Part shown: positions 49,971 to 58,335 of the stretch, one piece after another
How the letters are laid out: every line of letters begins with the position of its first letter
Position numbering within the stretch: the first letter of the stretch is position 1
From: a virus
Lineage: Duplodnaviria; Caudoviricetes
DNA length: 64,000 nt
Reading direction: 5' to 3' (one strand)
IMG/VR virus record: IMGVR_UViG_3300046788_000091
Coordinates: 2,135 to 66,134 of that record
Notes under the pieces: generated by a model
Seen by the model: only the letters and a program-made list of their open reading frames with translations
Databases searched by the model: none
Told to the model about the DNA's origin: nothing
Position numbers and translations under genes: made by a program

Positions 49971-50094
49971 CTATGAGTGAGTGGTTTGATATAGTGGAAA
50001 TCGGAGAAATAGAGCTATTCAGGGTTAGAGGGCTGCTCTATCGTCTGGGCTTCTTTGATTATTTTGTAAACGTAAGTATTATAGAGCTTCTTCG

Positions 50095-50334
50095 ATGAGT
50101 GACATAACACCCCTAAGCAATAAAGAAGCCAGAATGGTAAGAAGTCACTGGCTCGTACAGGGTAACAAGCAAAAAACCTCCCAGAAAACCGGAGGGACGT
50201 ACGTAGGCTATTTCAAAATGTCTGTGGCCACTCGTACAATTGATGACGCCTTAGCTCTGGTACGAAAAAACTATCCGGAGTGTCAGATTCTCTCTGTGAT
50301 TAATCAAGGAGCGATAGATGTATGGGAAGATTGA
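50095..50334 (+). CDS. Hypothetical protein
   Basis: 79 aa. Confidence 0.45.
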   Translation: MSDITPLSNKEARMVRSHWLVQGNKQKTSQKTGGTYVGYFKMSVATRTIDDALALVRKNYPECQILSVINQGAIDVWED

Positions 50335-50780
50335 TACTTAATCTTTGGTGGCGTCTGGTGTTTTGGTGGAAAAAGCGCACGGGTTGGCTTGACATGGATC
50401 AAAATGCTGTAATCACAGGTACTGTGGTTTCTTTGATCCCTCCCGATATCGACGGGGATAGATGCTTCAATGTCAAGCTCGATTCTGGGCTTGAAATCTT
50501 TATAACGCTCGGGTATAGACAGACTACTGAGAATCCGGCAGATGGCCCGAGCTTACACTGTGAGATACCTCCGTGGTCGCCTCAATGGTTGAAAGATAAG
50601 TATGACAGGCTTAAAGTAGGAGATAGAGTTTTCGTGTCGGGCGCATGGGGATATGATGGAGTACACGTAAACAACTGGCCTATGATTATACAGATCCCGC
50701 TAGCGTTGATCAGACATCAACCGGATATGGTGAACGGCTGGTTTGAGATTCATCCCGTTGCAATGTTGGAGATTTTATGA
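50322..50780 (+). CDS. Hypothetical OB-fold-like protein
   Basis: ITGTVV..DGD..LHCEI..VFVSGAW..WFEIHPV. Confidence 0.5.
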   Translation: MGRLILNLWWRLVFWWKKRTGWLDMDQNAVITGTVVSLIPPDIDGDRCFNVKLDSGLEIFITLGYRQTTENPADGPSLHCEIPPWSPQWLKDKYDRLKVGDRVFVSGAWGYDGVHVNNWPMIIQIPLALIRHQPDMVNGWFEIHPVAMLEIL

Positions 50781-51142
50781 AGATTGTCTATGTTGCAGGA
50801 CCGTTTAGATCTATGAACAAAAACGGTAAATCTAATTCTTGGGGCATTCAGAAAAACGTTATGTCTGCTATGGCTTTTGCGTTGGAAGTTTGGAAACTTG
50901 GGCACTGTGCACTCTGTCCGCATGCTAATACGATGTTTTTTCAGGACGCCGACGGTTGCTCGGATGATGTATGGCTCAAAGGCGATCTAGAGATGCTTAG
51001 ACGATGTGACGCTATGCTGCTCGCTCCTGGATGGGAGTTGTCTTCGGGTGCCCGAGCTGAGCGCGATGAAGCTATCGCTAAGAGTATTCCGGTATTTGAG
51101 AGCATAAGCGCGCTTAAGGAGTGGCTGTGCACATCGGAATAG
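50777..51142 (+). CDS. Nucleoside 2-deoxyribosyltransferase-like (DUF4406/DUF1937-type) protein
   Basis: VYVAGPF..CPH..DLEMLRRCDAMLLAPGWELSSGARAE. Confidence 0.75.
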   Translation: MKIVYVAGPFRSMNKNGKSNSWGIQKNVMSAMAFALEVWKLGHCALCPHANTMFFQDADGCSDDVWLKGDLEMLRRCDAMLLAPGWELSSGARAERDEAIAKSIPVFESISALKEWLCTSE

Positions 51143-51357
51143 AGTTTCACACGAAAGAGGGAAACGTCTTTATTGCCGATGTAATAGGCAAAAAGATCAT
51201 GAGAATAGCATCCGACGGCAAAAAGTCAGACTGGTATCGCTACAGCGAACTAAAAGACGGTCAAGTAGGTAATAATTTGATTATCTGTAGACCAGAGGTT
51301 GCTCCTACAATGACGTCCGAGATAGTTAAGCTGGGTTTTCCCAAACTAGGAGAATAG
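51121..51357 (+). CDS. Hypothetical protein
   Basis: 78 aa, coupled. Confidence 0.4.
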   Translation: MAVHIGIEFHTKEGNVFIADVIGKKIMRIASDGKKSDWYRYSELKDGQVGNNLIICRPEVAPTMTSEIVKLGFPKLGE

Positions 51358-53396
51358 TGCGTAGGCGTGTTGCGTTTGACGTCGAGACCCATATTATCAG
51401 ACCGGGAATGATCTTTCCGCGTCTGGTTTGCGTGTCGATATATGACGGCAACACGAAGAGTCTGCACCTAGCCGCTATTGGCGTAGCTGAGATTATCAAG
51501 CTACTTCAGGATCCGGATGTAATCCTAGTCGGACACAATGTCAGTTTTGATCTTGGCGTTATTATCGCTGAGGCGATTGCTCAGGGAATTAACGAGCACT
51601 GGATTCTAAACTTGGTCTTCGAGGCGTACGCGGCTAATAGGATCGTCGATACGATGATCCGAAGCATGCTCGTTGACATTGCTCAGGGTAAATTCCAGGA
51701 GATTGACGGGCAACGCCGAGGAAAAGTCTACGGTCTAGACATGCTGGCTAATCGCTGGCTAGGTAAGCAGATCACGCAAAAGACCTTCAAGAAATCTCAA
51801 GCGCATCTTAAAACTGACTCTTGGCGCTTGCACTATGCTTATCTGCAAAACACGCCTATTACCCAATGGCCTCAAGATGCCTCGGATTATGCGATTGAAG
51901 ATTCTGTAGTCACATGGGACGTAGACGCCAAGATAACTTCGTGGGCCATTACAGAAGGCCAGTTAGACGGGACTATACCAAACGAGTTTGAGCAGCACAG
52001 AGCAGCCTGGGTATTGCACCTAATAGGTGGATGGGGCGTACGAGTAGACGAAGAGATGGTCAAACTCGTACGAGAGAATCTAGAAGTCCAGCGTAAGACT
52101 AGTTACGCAGTAATGGACCAATGGGGTATTTTCAAGAAAGACAGGCTCGGAAACTATCAGCTCACCAAAAAAGGTGCGAGACAGAAAAATATCAAAGTAC
52201 TTCGAGCTCTGATCGAAGACGGCTATAAACAGCAAGGCGAGACTCCGCCTCTAACAGATGGCGGAAAAGACGGCTCGAAGAAACAGACCAAGACCGATGC
52301 CGATAGTGCCAGAGATTCGGGACACCCGGCTGCAATAGAGTACGCCAACGGAGCCGGAGCCGAAAAACTACTTAACACGTATGTTCCGATTCTAGAACGC
52401 GGTAATGGTGGACTTCCCGTTACGTCTAGTCCTAACGTATTGGTCGCTAGTGGGAGAACTAGTTGGACAAATCCGAATCTACAAAACCCTCCCCGACTCC
52501 ATGGTGTGAGAGAGTGTATTATACCTAGACCGGGTTTTGTACTAGTCGGAGCTGATCTTGATACCGTAGAACTTCGTGCATTGGCCCAAACGTGCCTAGA
52601 GCTGTTCGGATGGAGTGAGATGGCCAATGCTATTAGACGTGGCGAAGACCTGCATCTCGCGCTTGCTGGGCAGATTCTTGGACTAGATTACGCGACTACT
52701 AAGAAACGCTATGATCAAGGGGATATTCTCATAGCCGAGACCCGCTCTCCTACAGCCAAAAACTGTAATTTCGGTCTTGGCGGTGGTATGGGGGCCACTA
52801 AGTTCGCGATTACTTGTATTAACAACGGGGCCCCGTTGATTACTGATCCAAGTGCTCCTATGAGTGATCACATAGCACGTGCGAAATTTCTCAAAGAGAC
52901 ATGGTTCCAGGCCTGGCCCGAGATGCGTCTGTTTCTCAAGCACGCCGGGGATAACACCGGAGATATGGGCGAAGGTGTATTAGTACAGCCGTGGTCAGGT
53001 AGAGTACGTGGAGGATTAGATTATTGCGCCTATGCGAATACGTACTTTCAGGGACGAGTAGCCGACGGAGCCAAACTCGCTCTTTGGAGAGTATCGCGAG
53101 CGTGCTATGTAGACAAATCTAATTGTCTATACGGATCTAGGATAATCCTGTTTCTGCACGATGAATTAATTCTGGAATGTCCAGAATCTATGGCGCACCT
53201 ATGTGCAGCCGAACTAGTTAGGCTTCTATGCGGAGCTGTACAAGAAGTAATCCCCGATGTTCCTATTACAAGCTCGGCCGTGATTACTCGTCGCTGGTTC
53301 AAATCTGCTAAACCTGTATACGTTGATGGAATTTTATTTCCGAGTAAACCAGAGAAAGATTCCAAAGGAAGAACCGTGTGGACAGTTGATGTTTGA
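51357..53396 (+). CDS. polA: Family A DNA polymerase with 3'-5' exonuclease
   Basis: AFDVET (ExoI), GHNVSFD (ExoII), YAIED (ExoIII), GADLDTVELRALA (A), AKNCNFG (B), FLHDEL (C). Confidence 0.95.
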   Translation: MRRRVAFDVETHIIRPGMIFPRLVCVSIYDGNTKSLHLAAIGVAEIIKLLQDPDVILVGHNVSFDLGVIIAEAIAQGINEHWILNLVFEAYAANRIVDTMIRSMLVDIAQGKFQEIDGQRRGKVYGLDMLANRWLGKQITQKTFKKSQAHLKTDSWRLHYAYLQNTPITQWPQDASDYAIEDSVVTWDVDAKITSWAITEGQLDGTIPNEFEQHRAAWVLHLIGGWGVRVDEEMVKLVRENLEVQRKTSYAVMDQWGIFKKDRLGNYQLTKKGARQKNIKVLRALIEDGYKQQGETPPLTDGGKDGSKKQTKTDADSARDSGHPAAIEYANGAGAEKLLNTYVPILERGNGGLPVTSSPNVLVASGRTSWTNPNLQNPPRLHGVRECIIPRPGFVLVGADLDTVELRALAQTCLELFGWSEMANAIRRGEDLHLALAGQILGLDYATTKKRYDQGDILIAETRSPTAKNCNFGLGGGMGATKFAITCINNGAPLITDPSAPMSDHIARAKFLKETWFQAWPEMRLFLKHAGDNTGDMGEGVLVQPWSGRVRGGLDYCAYANTYFQGRVADGAKLALWRVSRACYVDKSNCLYGSRIILFLHDELILECPESMAHLCAAELVRLLCGAVQEVIPDVPITSSAVITRRWFKSAKPVYVDGILFPSKPEKDSKGRTVWTVDV

Positions 53397-53961
53397 TACA
53401 AGAGTTAAAAAGAGGTATTGGGACAAATTAATCCCCGAGCCTAATACTGGCTGCTGGCTATGGCTGGGGTGCATTAATAAACAGGGATATGGTAAAATAT
53501 CCTGGAGAATAGATGGAAAACAATTCTATTCTTATATACATAGATATATTTTTGAAAAACTACGCGGAAGCATAGCTAGTGGACTAGAATTAGATCATAG
53601 ATGTAAAAACACTGTCTGTTGTAATCCATATCATCTTGAACCTGTTACTCATCTAGTGAACATGAGAAGATGGATAGTTCGAGATGATCCGGATAATATT
53701 TTACTTTGTCCATCAGGACATGAGTTTTCTATAGATAATACAAGAATGGAACCTGACGGGGGACGGCGGTGTAGAAAGTGCATAGCGGTCAAAGCCCTAG
53801 AATATTATCATAAAAATAAAGATAAAATAAATCCTATTCGAAATTCTCGAAGAAGGAAACTTGCAATCCCAAAAAAGCGCATAGACGATAGCCCATGCGC
53901 AAATTTATCATCCCCTTGGCGTTCGTTTTGGCCGGCTGCTACCTTAATCACTTCCCCGTAA
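53389..53961 (+). mobile_element. Free-standing HNH homing endonuclease downstream of DNA polymerase
   Basis: EPNTGCWLWLG..GYG..ELDHRCKNTVCCNPYHLEPVTHLVN; CPSGH..RRCRKC; ATG at 53389 overlaps pol stop. Confidence 0.85.
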
Positions 53962-54614
53962 CTCCTCAGGTAGCCGAATCCGGTACTTACGAGATGTTTG
54001 TCAACACACTACTTGGACAAGCTCAGGGTACGGCATGGGCCGTAGACAAGCACCATTTGATTACAGCTGGGCACATGTGCGACGGTATGGCGGAGAGTTC
54101 TGTCCTTACTTCTACCATCAGTGGCCGGAGTATCCGGGCCAAGGCTATTTTTTGGGAACAGGGCTCGGAGGGACGAGCGGACCTGTGTTTGCTCGAAACT
54201 AGACAAGAGCTGAACAATCCTCTGGTTATCGCCGATAAAATGCCTGTGGTAGGAGAGAAGATTTACTTTGTTGGCTGGCCTCTCGGTGTGGAGCTCAAGT
54301 CTGAGGGAAAGTACCTTGGAGATCTCGATGGCCCCGATAATCATTATAATGACGATGTCTTCGATGCACCCTGTGATCATGGCGCTTCTGGCTCGGCTAT
54401 GTTTACGTCTCGGGGGGTCTGGGGGGTTCTCGTGAGAATCCGCACGGATAATGACACACATGACGGCTTACTGCCGTCCGATGGGATGCGCGAAGGCTCC
54501 GAAGGCGGCGTAGCGATTCCTCTGAAAGAGCTTGTGAATTTCCTAAAAGAAGGTAACGTAGATTATACTGCTACTCCAGAGAGTCCGTCTGTAGACATCC
54601 CGGATGAAGTTTAA
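53895..54614 (+). CDS. Trypsin-like serine protease with lipoprotein signal peptide
   Basis: MRKFIIPLAFVLAGC lipobox; triad LITAGH, ADLCLL, GASGS. Confidence 0.8.
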   Translation: MRKFIIPLAFVLAGCYLNHFPVTPQVAESGTYEMFVNTLLGQAQGTAWAVDKHHLITAGHMCDGMAESSVLTSTISGRSIRAKAIFWEQGSEGRADLCLLETRQELNNPLVIADKMPVVGEKIYFVGWPLGVELKSEGKYLGDLDGPDNHYNDDVFDAPCDHGASGSAMFTSRGVWGVLVRIRTDNDTHDGLLPSDGMREGSEGGVAIPLKELVNFLKEGNVDYTATPESPSVDIPDEV

Positions 54615-54634
54615 GTTGACGGTAAGTCCAGATA

Positions 54635-55132
54635 ATGGCACAAATAGTTTCCATAGACCCAGGGAAGAAAAAAGTAGCCTATGCGATTTGGGATGAAGAC
54701 GGCACGTTGCTTGGTGCTGGCCTGGTTACTCATGATCCTGCGCCGGGCGACGAACGTGCGCAAATCTGGAAAGATATAGCGTACTGGACAAGTGTAGCGA
54801 CCCGCTTGGATAGTGTAGACACTATTCTCGTAATCGAAGTTCCGCAGGTCTACGAAGGTCCACAAGAAGAAGACAAAAACGACCTGATAGACTTGGCCGG
54901 AGTCGTCGGGGCCCTGGCTAGTCTCACTTGGGGGCGTGTAGATTGGTCCCCAAAGCCACGTGAGTGGAAGGGCCAGCTACCTAAAGCTATTACCCAAAAA
55001 CGCGTTGACGCCGAGCTCAGTGCAGCTGAGAAGGCTTTGATCGAATGGCCCGCGAAAAATCTCCGGCATAACGTCTATGATGCGATACATTTAGGTCTTA
55101 CATACTTAGCACGCGAGGGAATTCGTGCTTAG
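54635..55132 (+). CDS. ruvC: RuvC-like Holliday junction resolvase
   Basis: VSIDPG, LVIE, WKG, VYDAIHLG. Confidence 0.8.
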   Translation: MAQIVSIDPGKKKVAYAIWDEDGTLLGAGLVTHDPAPGDERAQIWKDIAYWTSVATRLDSVDTILVIEVPQVYEGPQEEDKNDLIDLAGVVGALASLTWGRVDWSPKPREWKGQLPKAITQKRVDAELSAAEKALIEWPAKNLRHNVYDAIHLGLTYLAREGIRA

Positions 55133-55829
55133 AATAGGATCGCTCTTCTCTGGTATAGGGGGCTTAGATTTAGGGCTCGAGCGATCTGGATTAGGCAAAG
55201 TGATTTGGAATGCAGAGATATTACCTAGGTGTAGAAAAATACTTAAAAAACACTGGCCAGAAGCTAAACAGTTTATTAATATTAAAGAAGTAACAAAGGA
55301 ATCCGCCGATTCAGTAGATTTGCTTTGCGGAGGCTTTCCGTGCCAGGATATCAGCCGTGCTGGAAAACAAGAGGGCATCGCTGGTTCGAAATCAAAGCTC
55401 TGGAAAGAATATTATAGAGTAATTCAAGAGCTAAGACCTAAACTCGTGATTATAGAGAATGTCTCGGACCTTATTAGACTCGGACTTGCCGATATCCTAC
55501 AAGATCTTGCCCAAATCGGGTACGATGCACAGTGGTCTTGTCTCTCCGCATGCACCGTGGGTCACACACATACACGAGAAAGAATGTTCATTATTGCCTA
55601 CTCCTACGAAGACGGCGAATCAGCTTTGCGAATCGATGAGGCACTCAGCCGGATGCAGGAGATTTCAAACGATATTCGGAACGAATACCAAAATTCCCCC
55701 TTGGATTTACGAGTATTTGATGGGATTCCCAAACGGTTGGACAGATCTAGATTAGAAATGTGCGGAAATGCTGTAGTAGTCCAATGTGCTGAATTAATTG
55801 GTAGAGCACTAAAAGAGGCCGGATTTTAA
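55125..55829 (+). CDS. dcm: C5-cytosine DNA methyltransferase, alpha polypeptide (motif IX absent)
   Basis: SLFSGIGG, GGFPCQD, IIENV, RERMFII, GNAVV. Confidence 0.9.
   Translation: MLRIGSLFSGIGGLDLGLERSGLGKVIWNAEILPRCRKILKKHWPEAKQFINIKEVTKESADSVDLLCGGFPCQDISRAGKQEGIAGSKSKLWKEYYRVIQELRPKLVIIENVSDLIRLGLADILQDLAQIGYDAQWSCLSACTVGHTHTRERMFIIAYSYEDGESALRIDEALSRMQEISNDIRNEYQNSPLDLRVFDGIPKRLDRSRLEMCGNAVVVQCAELIGRALKEAGF
55459..55755 (+). CDS. Nested +1-frame ORF supplying motif IX (MTase beta polypeptide)
   Basis: Ends IPPWIYEYLMGFPNGWTDLD; ATG overlaps the ENV motif of the main gene. Confidence 0.7.
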   Translation: MSRTLLDSDLPISYKILPKSGTMHSGLVSPHAPWVTHIHEKECSLLPTPTKTANQLCESMRHSAGCRRFQTIFGTNTKIPPWIYEYLMGFPNGWTDLD

Positions 55830-55837
55830 ATTTGTGC

Positions 55838-55866
55838 TTGACTTTATAAAAGGAGAGATCTAGTAT
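55838..55866 (+). promoter_or_regulatory. Sigma70-type promoter TTGACT-N17-TAGTAT (drives small ORF and tRNA pair)
   Basis: Hexamers at 55838-55843 and 55861-55866. Confidence 0.65.
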
Positions 55867-55888
55867 GGTTTCACGGAGGCAATTTCAA

Positions 55889-56122
55889 ATGACTAGAAAC
55901 AAGACCCGTGAACTTCGTAATGCTATGTACAAGATCGAAACGCAGATTCCAAAGACTGACACCAGCAAGTCTACCGAGCGCGAGCGAGATCTCGTGTGTG
56001 TAGTTAACTGCGCTATCTGGGATGGTGAGTTGTACAAGATCACTGCGGGACTTCGTAGACTCGCAAATGTCCCAGAGCGTGGCGCGGAGTATGCCCGGGT
56101 TATGGATATTTTGGCTCTGTAA
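55889..56122 (+). CDS. Hypothetical protein
   Basis: GGAGG SD then MTRNKTRELR. Confidence 0.55.
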   Translation: MTRNKTRELRNAMYKIETQIPKTDTSKSTERERDLVCVVNCAIWDGELYKITAGLRRLANVPERGAEYARVMDILAL

Positions 56123-56123
56123 T

Positions 56124-56196
56124 GCTCGGTTTGTCTAGCGGCTAAGACAGCGCTTTTACATGGCGTTTATCGGGGGTTCGAGTCCCTCACCGAGTA
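56124..56196 (+). tRNA. trnV: tRNA-Val(UAC)
   Basis: GCTCGGT/ACCGAGT acceptor, GCGCT-TTTACAT-GGCGT anticodon arm, GGGGG-TTCGAGT-CCCTC T arm. Confidence 0.9.
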
Positions 56197-56201
56197 CGCT
56201 C

Positions 56202-56292
56202 GCTCCTATAGTTTAATTGGCAAAACCCCAAGTTTATACCTTGGTTAGCGCTAGATTGGCGCAAAATGTACGTTCGAATCGTACTGGGAGCA
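56202..56292 (+). tRNA. tRNA with UAU anticodon (nominally Ile) and a 23-nt long variable arm
   Basis: GCTCCTA/TGGGAGC acceptor, CCAAG-TTTATAC-CTTGG anticodon arm, V-arm GCGCT-AGATT-GGCGC, GTACG-TTCGAAT-CGTAC T arm, A73. Confidence 0.85.
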
Positions 56293-56299
56293 CGGAGTT

Positions 56300-56454
56300 A
56301 TATGTTCTACTTTGGTGATTTTGTGCGTAGAAAAGGGCAGTCTTTACGAATTGGCATGGTTGAACGTATTGACGGAGACACGGTCTATGTGCGATGGCAC
56401 AAAGACGGAAAGGGGATGCCTATCTCTTGCGCGCTAATCGAGCTACGTATCTAA
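56300..56454 (+). CDS. Small KOW/SH3-like protein
   Basis: FGDFVRRKG..IGMVERIDGDTVYVRW; GGAG SD. Confidence 0.5.
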
Positions 56455-56759
56455 AATCAACTTGTGCTTGTGGAAACCTTAAGCACGTAAAATCCAAGAT
56501 ATGTAAGATTTGCTATGAACGTACACGTCCGAGAGGCCGAAAAACAGTATCTTGGAAGTCTGATAATTATGTGGATTGCGTCTGTGGCAGAATCAAACAG
56601 GTATGGTCTAAGCAGTGTAAAACTTGTTACGAGCGCAATAGACCTAGGGGAATCGGGGAGCACGGTAAGTACGCGACGTATGTAAATTGGAAATGTAGGT
56701 GCGACGCGTGCAAGAATGCGTATAATCTATATAGTAAGAGTTGGCGAAGTAGTCTGTAG
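56394..56759 (+). CDS. Cys-rich zinc-finger repeat protein (start uncertain)
   Basis: Two CxCG..CKxCYER.RPRG repeats plus HG..Y..CRCDAC. Confidence 0.55.
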   Translation: MAQRRKGDAYLLRANRATYLKSTCACGNLKHVKSKICKICYERTRPRGRKTVSWKSDNYVDCVCGRIKQVWSKQCKTCYERNRPRGIGEHGKYATYVNWKCRCDACKNAYNLYSKSWRSSL

Positions 56760-56888
56760 TCAGCAAAGTAGGAGAGCCAAGATAGATGTTTATAGACTTG
56801 ACGGCTGGAGTTAGTAGCTATAACTATTAGCACGGAGATAAGCACCCGATCTTTTACTTTGTTGACTAGAGGCTACTTAAAATAATGC

Positions 56889-56917
56889 TTGACACTTTCT
56901 TTTTCATGAACTAAAGT
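56889..56917 (+). promoter_or_regulatory. Sigma70-type promoter TTGACA-N17-TAAAGT
   Basis: Hexamers at 56889-56894 and 56912-56917, upstream of AAA gene. Confidence 0.65.
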
Positions 56918-56957
56918 CTAATCACACTAGAACAAACCAAGAAAGACCCCTATCATA

Positions 56958-58082
56958 ATGTCTGCACTTGTTGATATCCCCTCGGTCAATTTCACCGCTG
57001 CTACGGACCTTCTTCACATTGCGATGGCTGCTAATCAGACTGTTCTACTCATTGGAGATCCGGGTGTAGGCAAGTCGGCTATTTGCGCGATTGCAGCCAA
57101 GAAGATTCAGATGCCATTTTACACGCTCCTGGGGTCTACTCTAGACCCGACAGATATCGGCGGATTGCCCATGAGAGCGGAAGACGGCAAGCGCGTTCTA
57201 CGCCTGCCCTTGGACGAGATTTACCAGTGCGCCGAAACTCCTGGAGTCTTGTTTCTTGACGAAATCAGCGCAGCCCCTGGCCCGGTACAGGCAGCCTTGC
57301 TCCGGCTTATCTTGGAGCGCGTTGCTGGTAACGTGCATCTGCATCCTGAGACTCGCATCGTTGCGGCTTGTAACCCGCCCGAGCAAGCCCCGGCCGGTTT
57401 CGAGCTCAGCGCGCCGCTCATGGGCCGTATGTCTGTGGTGCATTTTCGCCCGACTGATGACGAAGTAATCGAATTTCTTCGTACTCTTGGATCGGACGAT
57501 GACAGTGCTAGCCCAATGGACAAGGCTATCCGTGAAGAAGCTATGCTTTTCTCGGCCGTAGCTAATGTCACTCCCGAGCTTCTTCAAATCGACATCCCGA
57601 AGCACTGCGTTAACGGCGGACAGCCCTGGGCTAGTCCTAGGTCATGCGAGCGCATGATCAGAGCCCGGGCCGCAGCGAGTGTGATTGGTATGAACCTACT
57701 CGGTGATGCAGTCTATGCGATTACTGCCGGGTCTATGGGCGAGCGTGCGGCTACGGTGTACACTGGCGTGATAAGAATGATCACCGAGTTGCCTTCGGTA
57801 GACGAAATCGTCGCGAATCCGGCATCGTGTGCGTGTCCTGCTGACAAGGCCAAGCAAGTTGCAGCTCTGGGGCTAATGCCGAGGATTGCTCAGCAAAATT
57901 TGTGGAGCGCGTATATTTATGCGACGCGTCTAACACGTGAATTTAGCTTAGCCGCGCATAAGACTTTGATTCCTATGAGCAAGTATCAACCGGCTATTAC
58001 TGATAAACTCACGAAAGAAGGCATCGCAGCTCGTGCTAAACTTAGTGCTCTTATCGGCGGCGGAGTTAAGAAAGCCGCGTAA
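56958..58082 (+). CDS. MoxR-type AAA+ ATPase
   Basis: GDPGVGKS, LDPTDIGGLP, LFLDEI, VAACNP, LSAPLMGRM, ASPRSCE. Confidence 0.9.
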   Translation: MSALVDIPSVNFTAATDLLHIAMAANQTVLLIGDPGVGKSAICAIAAKKIQMPFYTLLGSTLDPTDIGGLPMRAEDGKRVLRLPLDEIYQCAETPGVLFLDEISAAPGPVQAALLRLILERVAGNVHLHPETRIVAACNPPEQAPAGFELSAPLMGRMSVVHFRPTDDEVIEFLRTLGSDDDSASPMDKAIREEAMLFSAVANVTPELLQIDIPKHCVNGGQPWASPRSCERMIRARAAASVIGMNLLGDAVYAITAGSMGERAATVYTGVIRMITELPSVDEIVANPASCACPADKAKQVAALGLMPRIAQQNLWSAYIYATRLTREFSLAAHKTLIPMSKYQPAITDKLTKEGIAARAKLSALIGGGVKKAA

Positions 58083-58232
58083 CAAATGAATCCGTCTAGC
58101 TTAATGGGGGATATCCCGCCGTAGATCTAAACCGGGAATCGGCGCTAGAGGGCTACCTACTCTAATTCGGCAAACTACCTAATACTGAATTGGGCAAGTC
58201 CGCTAGGAGATAACAGGGGAGAGATTAGGCTC

Positions 58233-58307
58233 TCTAGTAGGTCTGTCATCGTGCGCGATTGTTATGCAGAGATGAAAACACTGTGCGTGGCTGACAGACC
58301 TACTAGA
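58233..58307. repeat. 16-bp perfect inverted repeat (long hairpin) in an intergenic region
   Basis: TCTAGTAGGTCTGTCA (58233-58248) / TGACAGACCTACTAGA (58292-58307). Confidence 0.9.
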
Positions 58308-58335
58308 TAGTCTAACCAAATAAGGAAAAAGAAAA

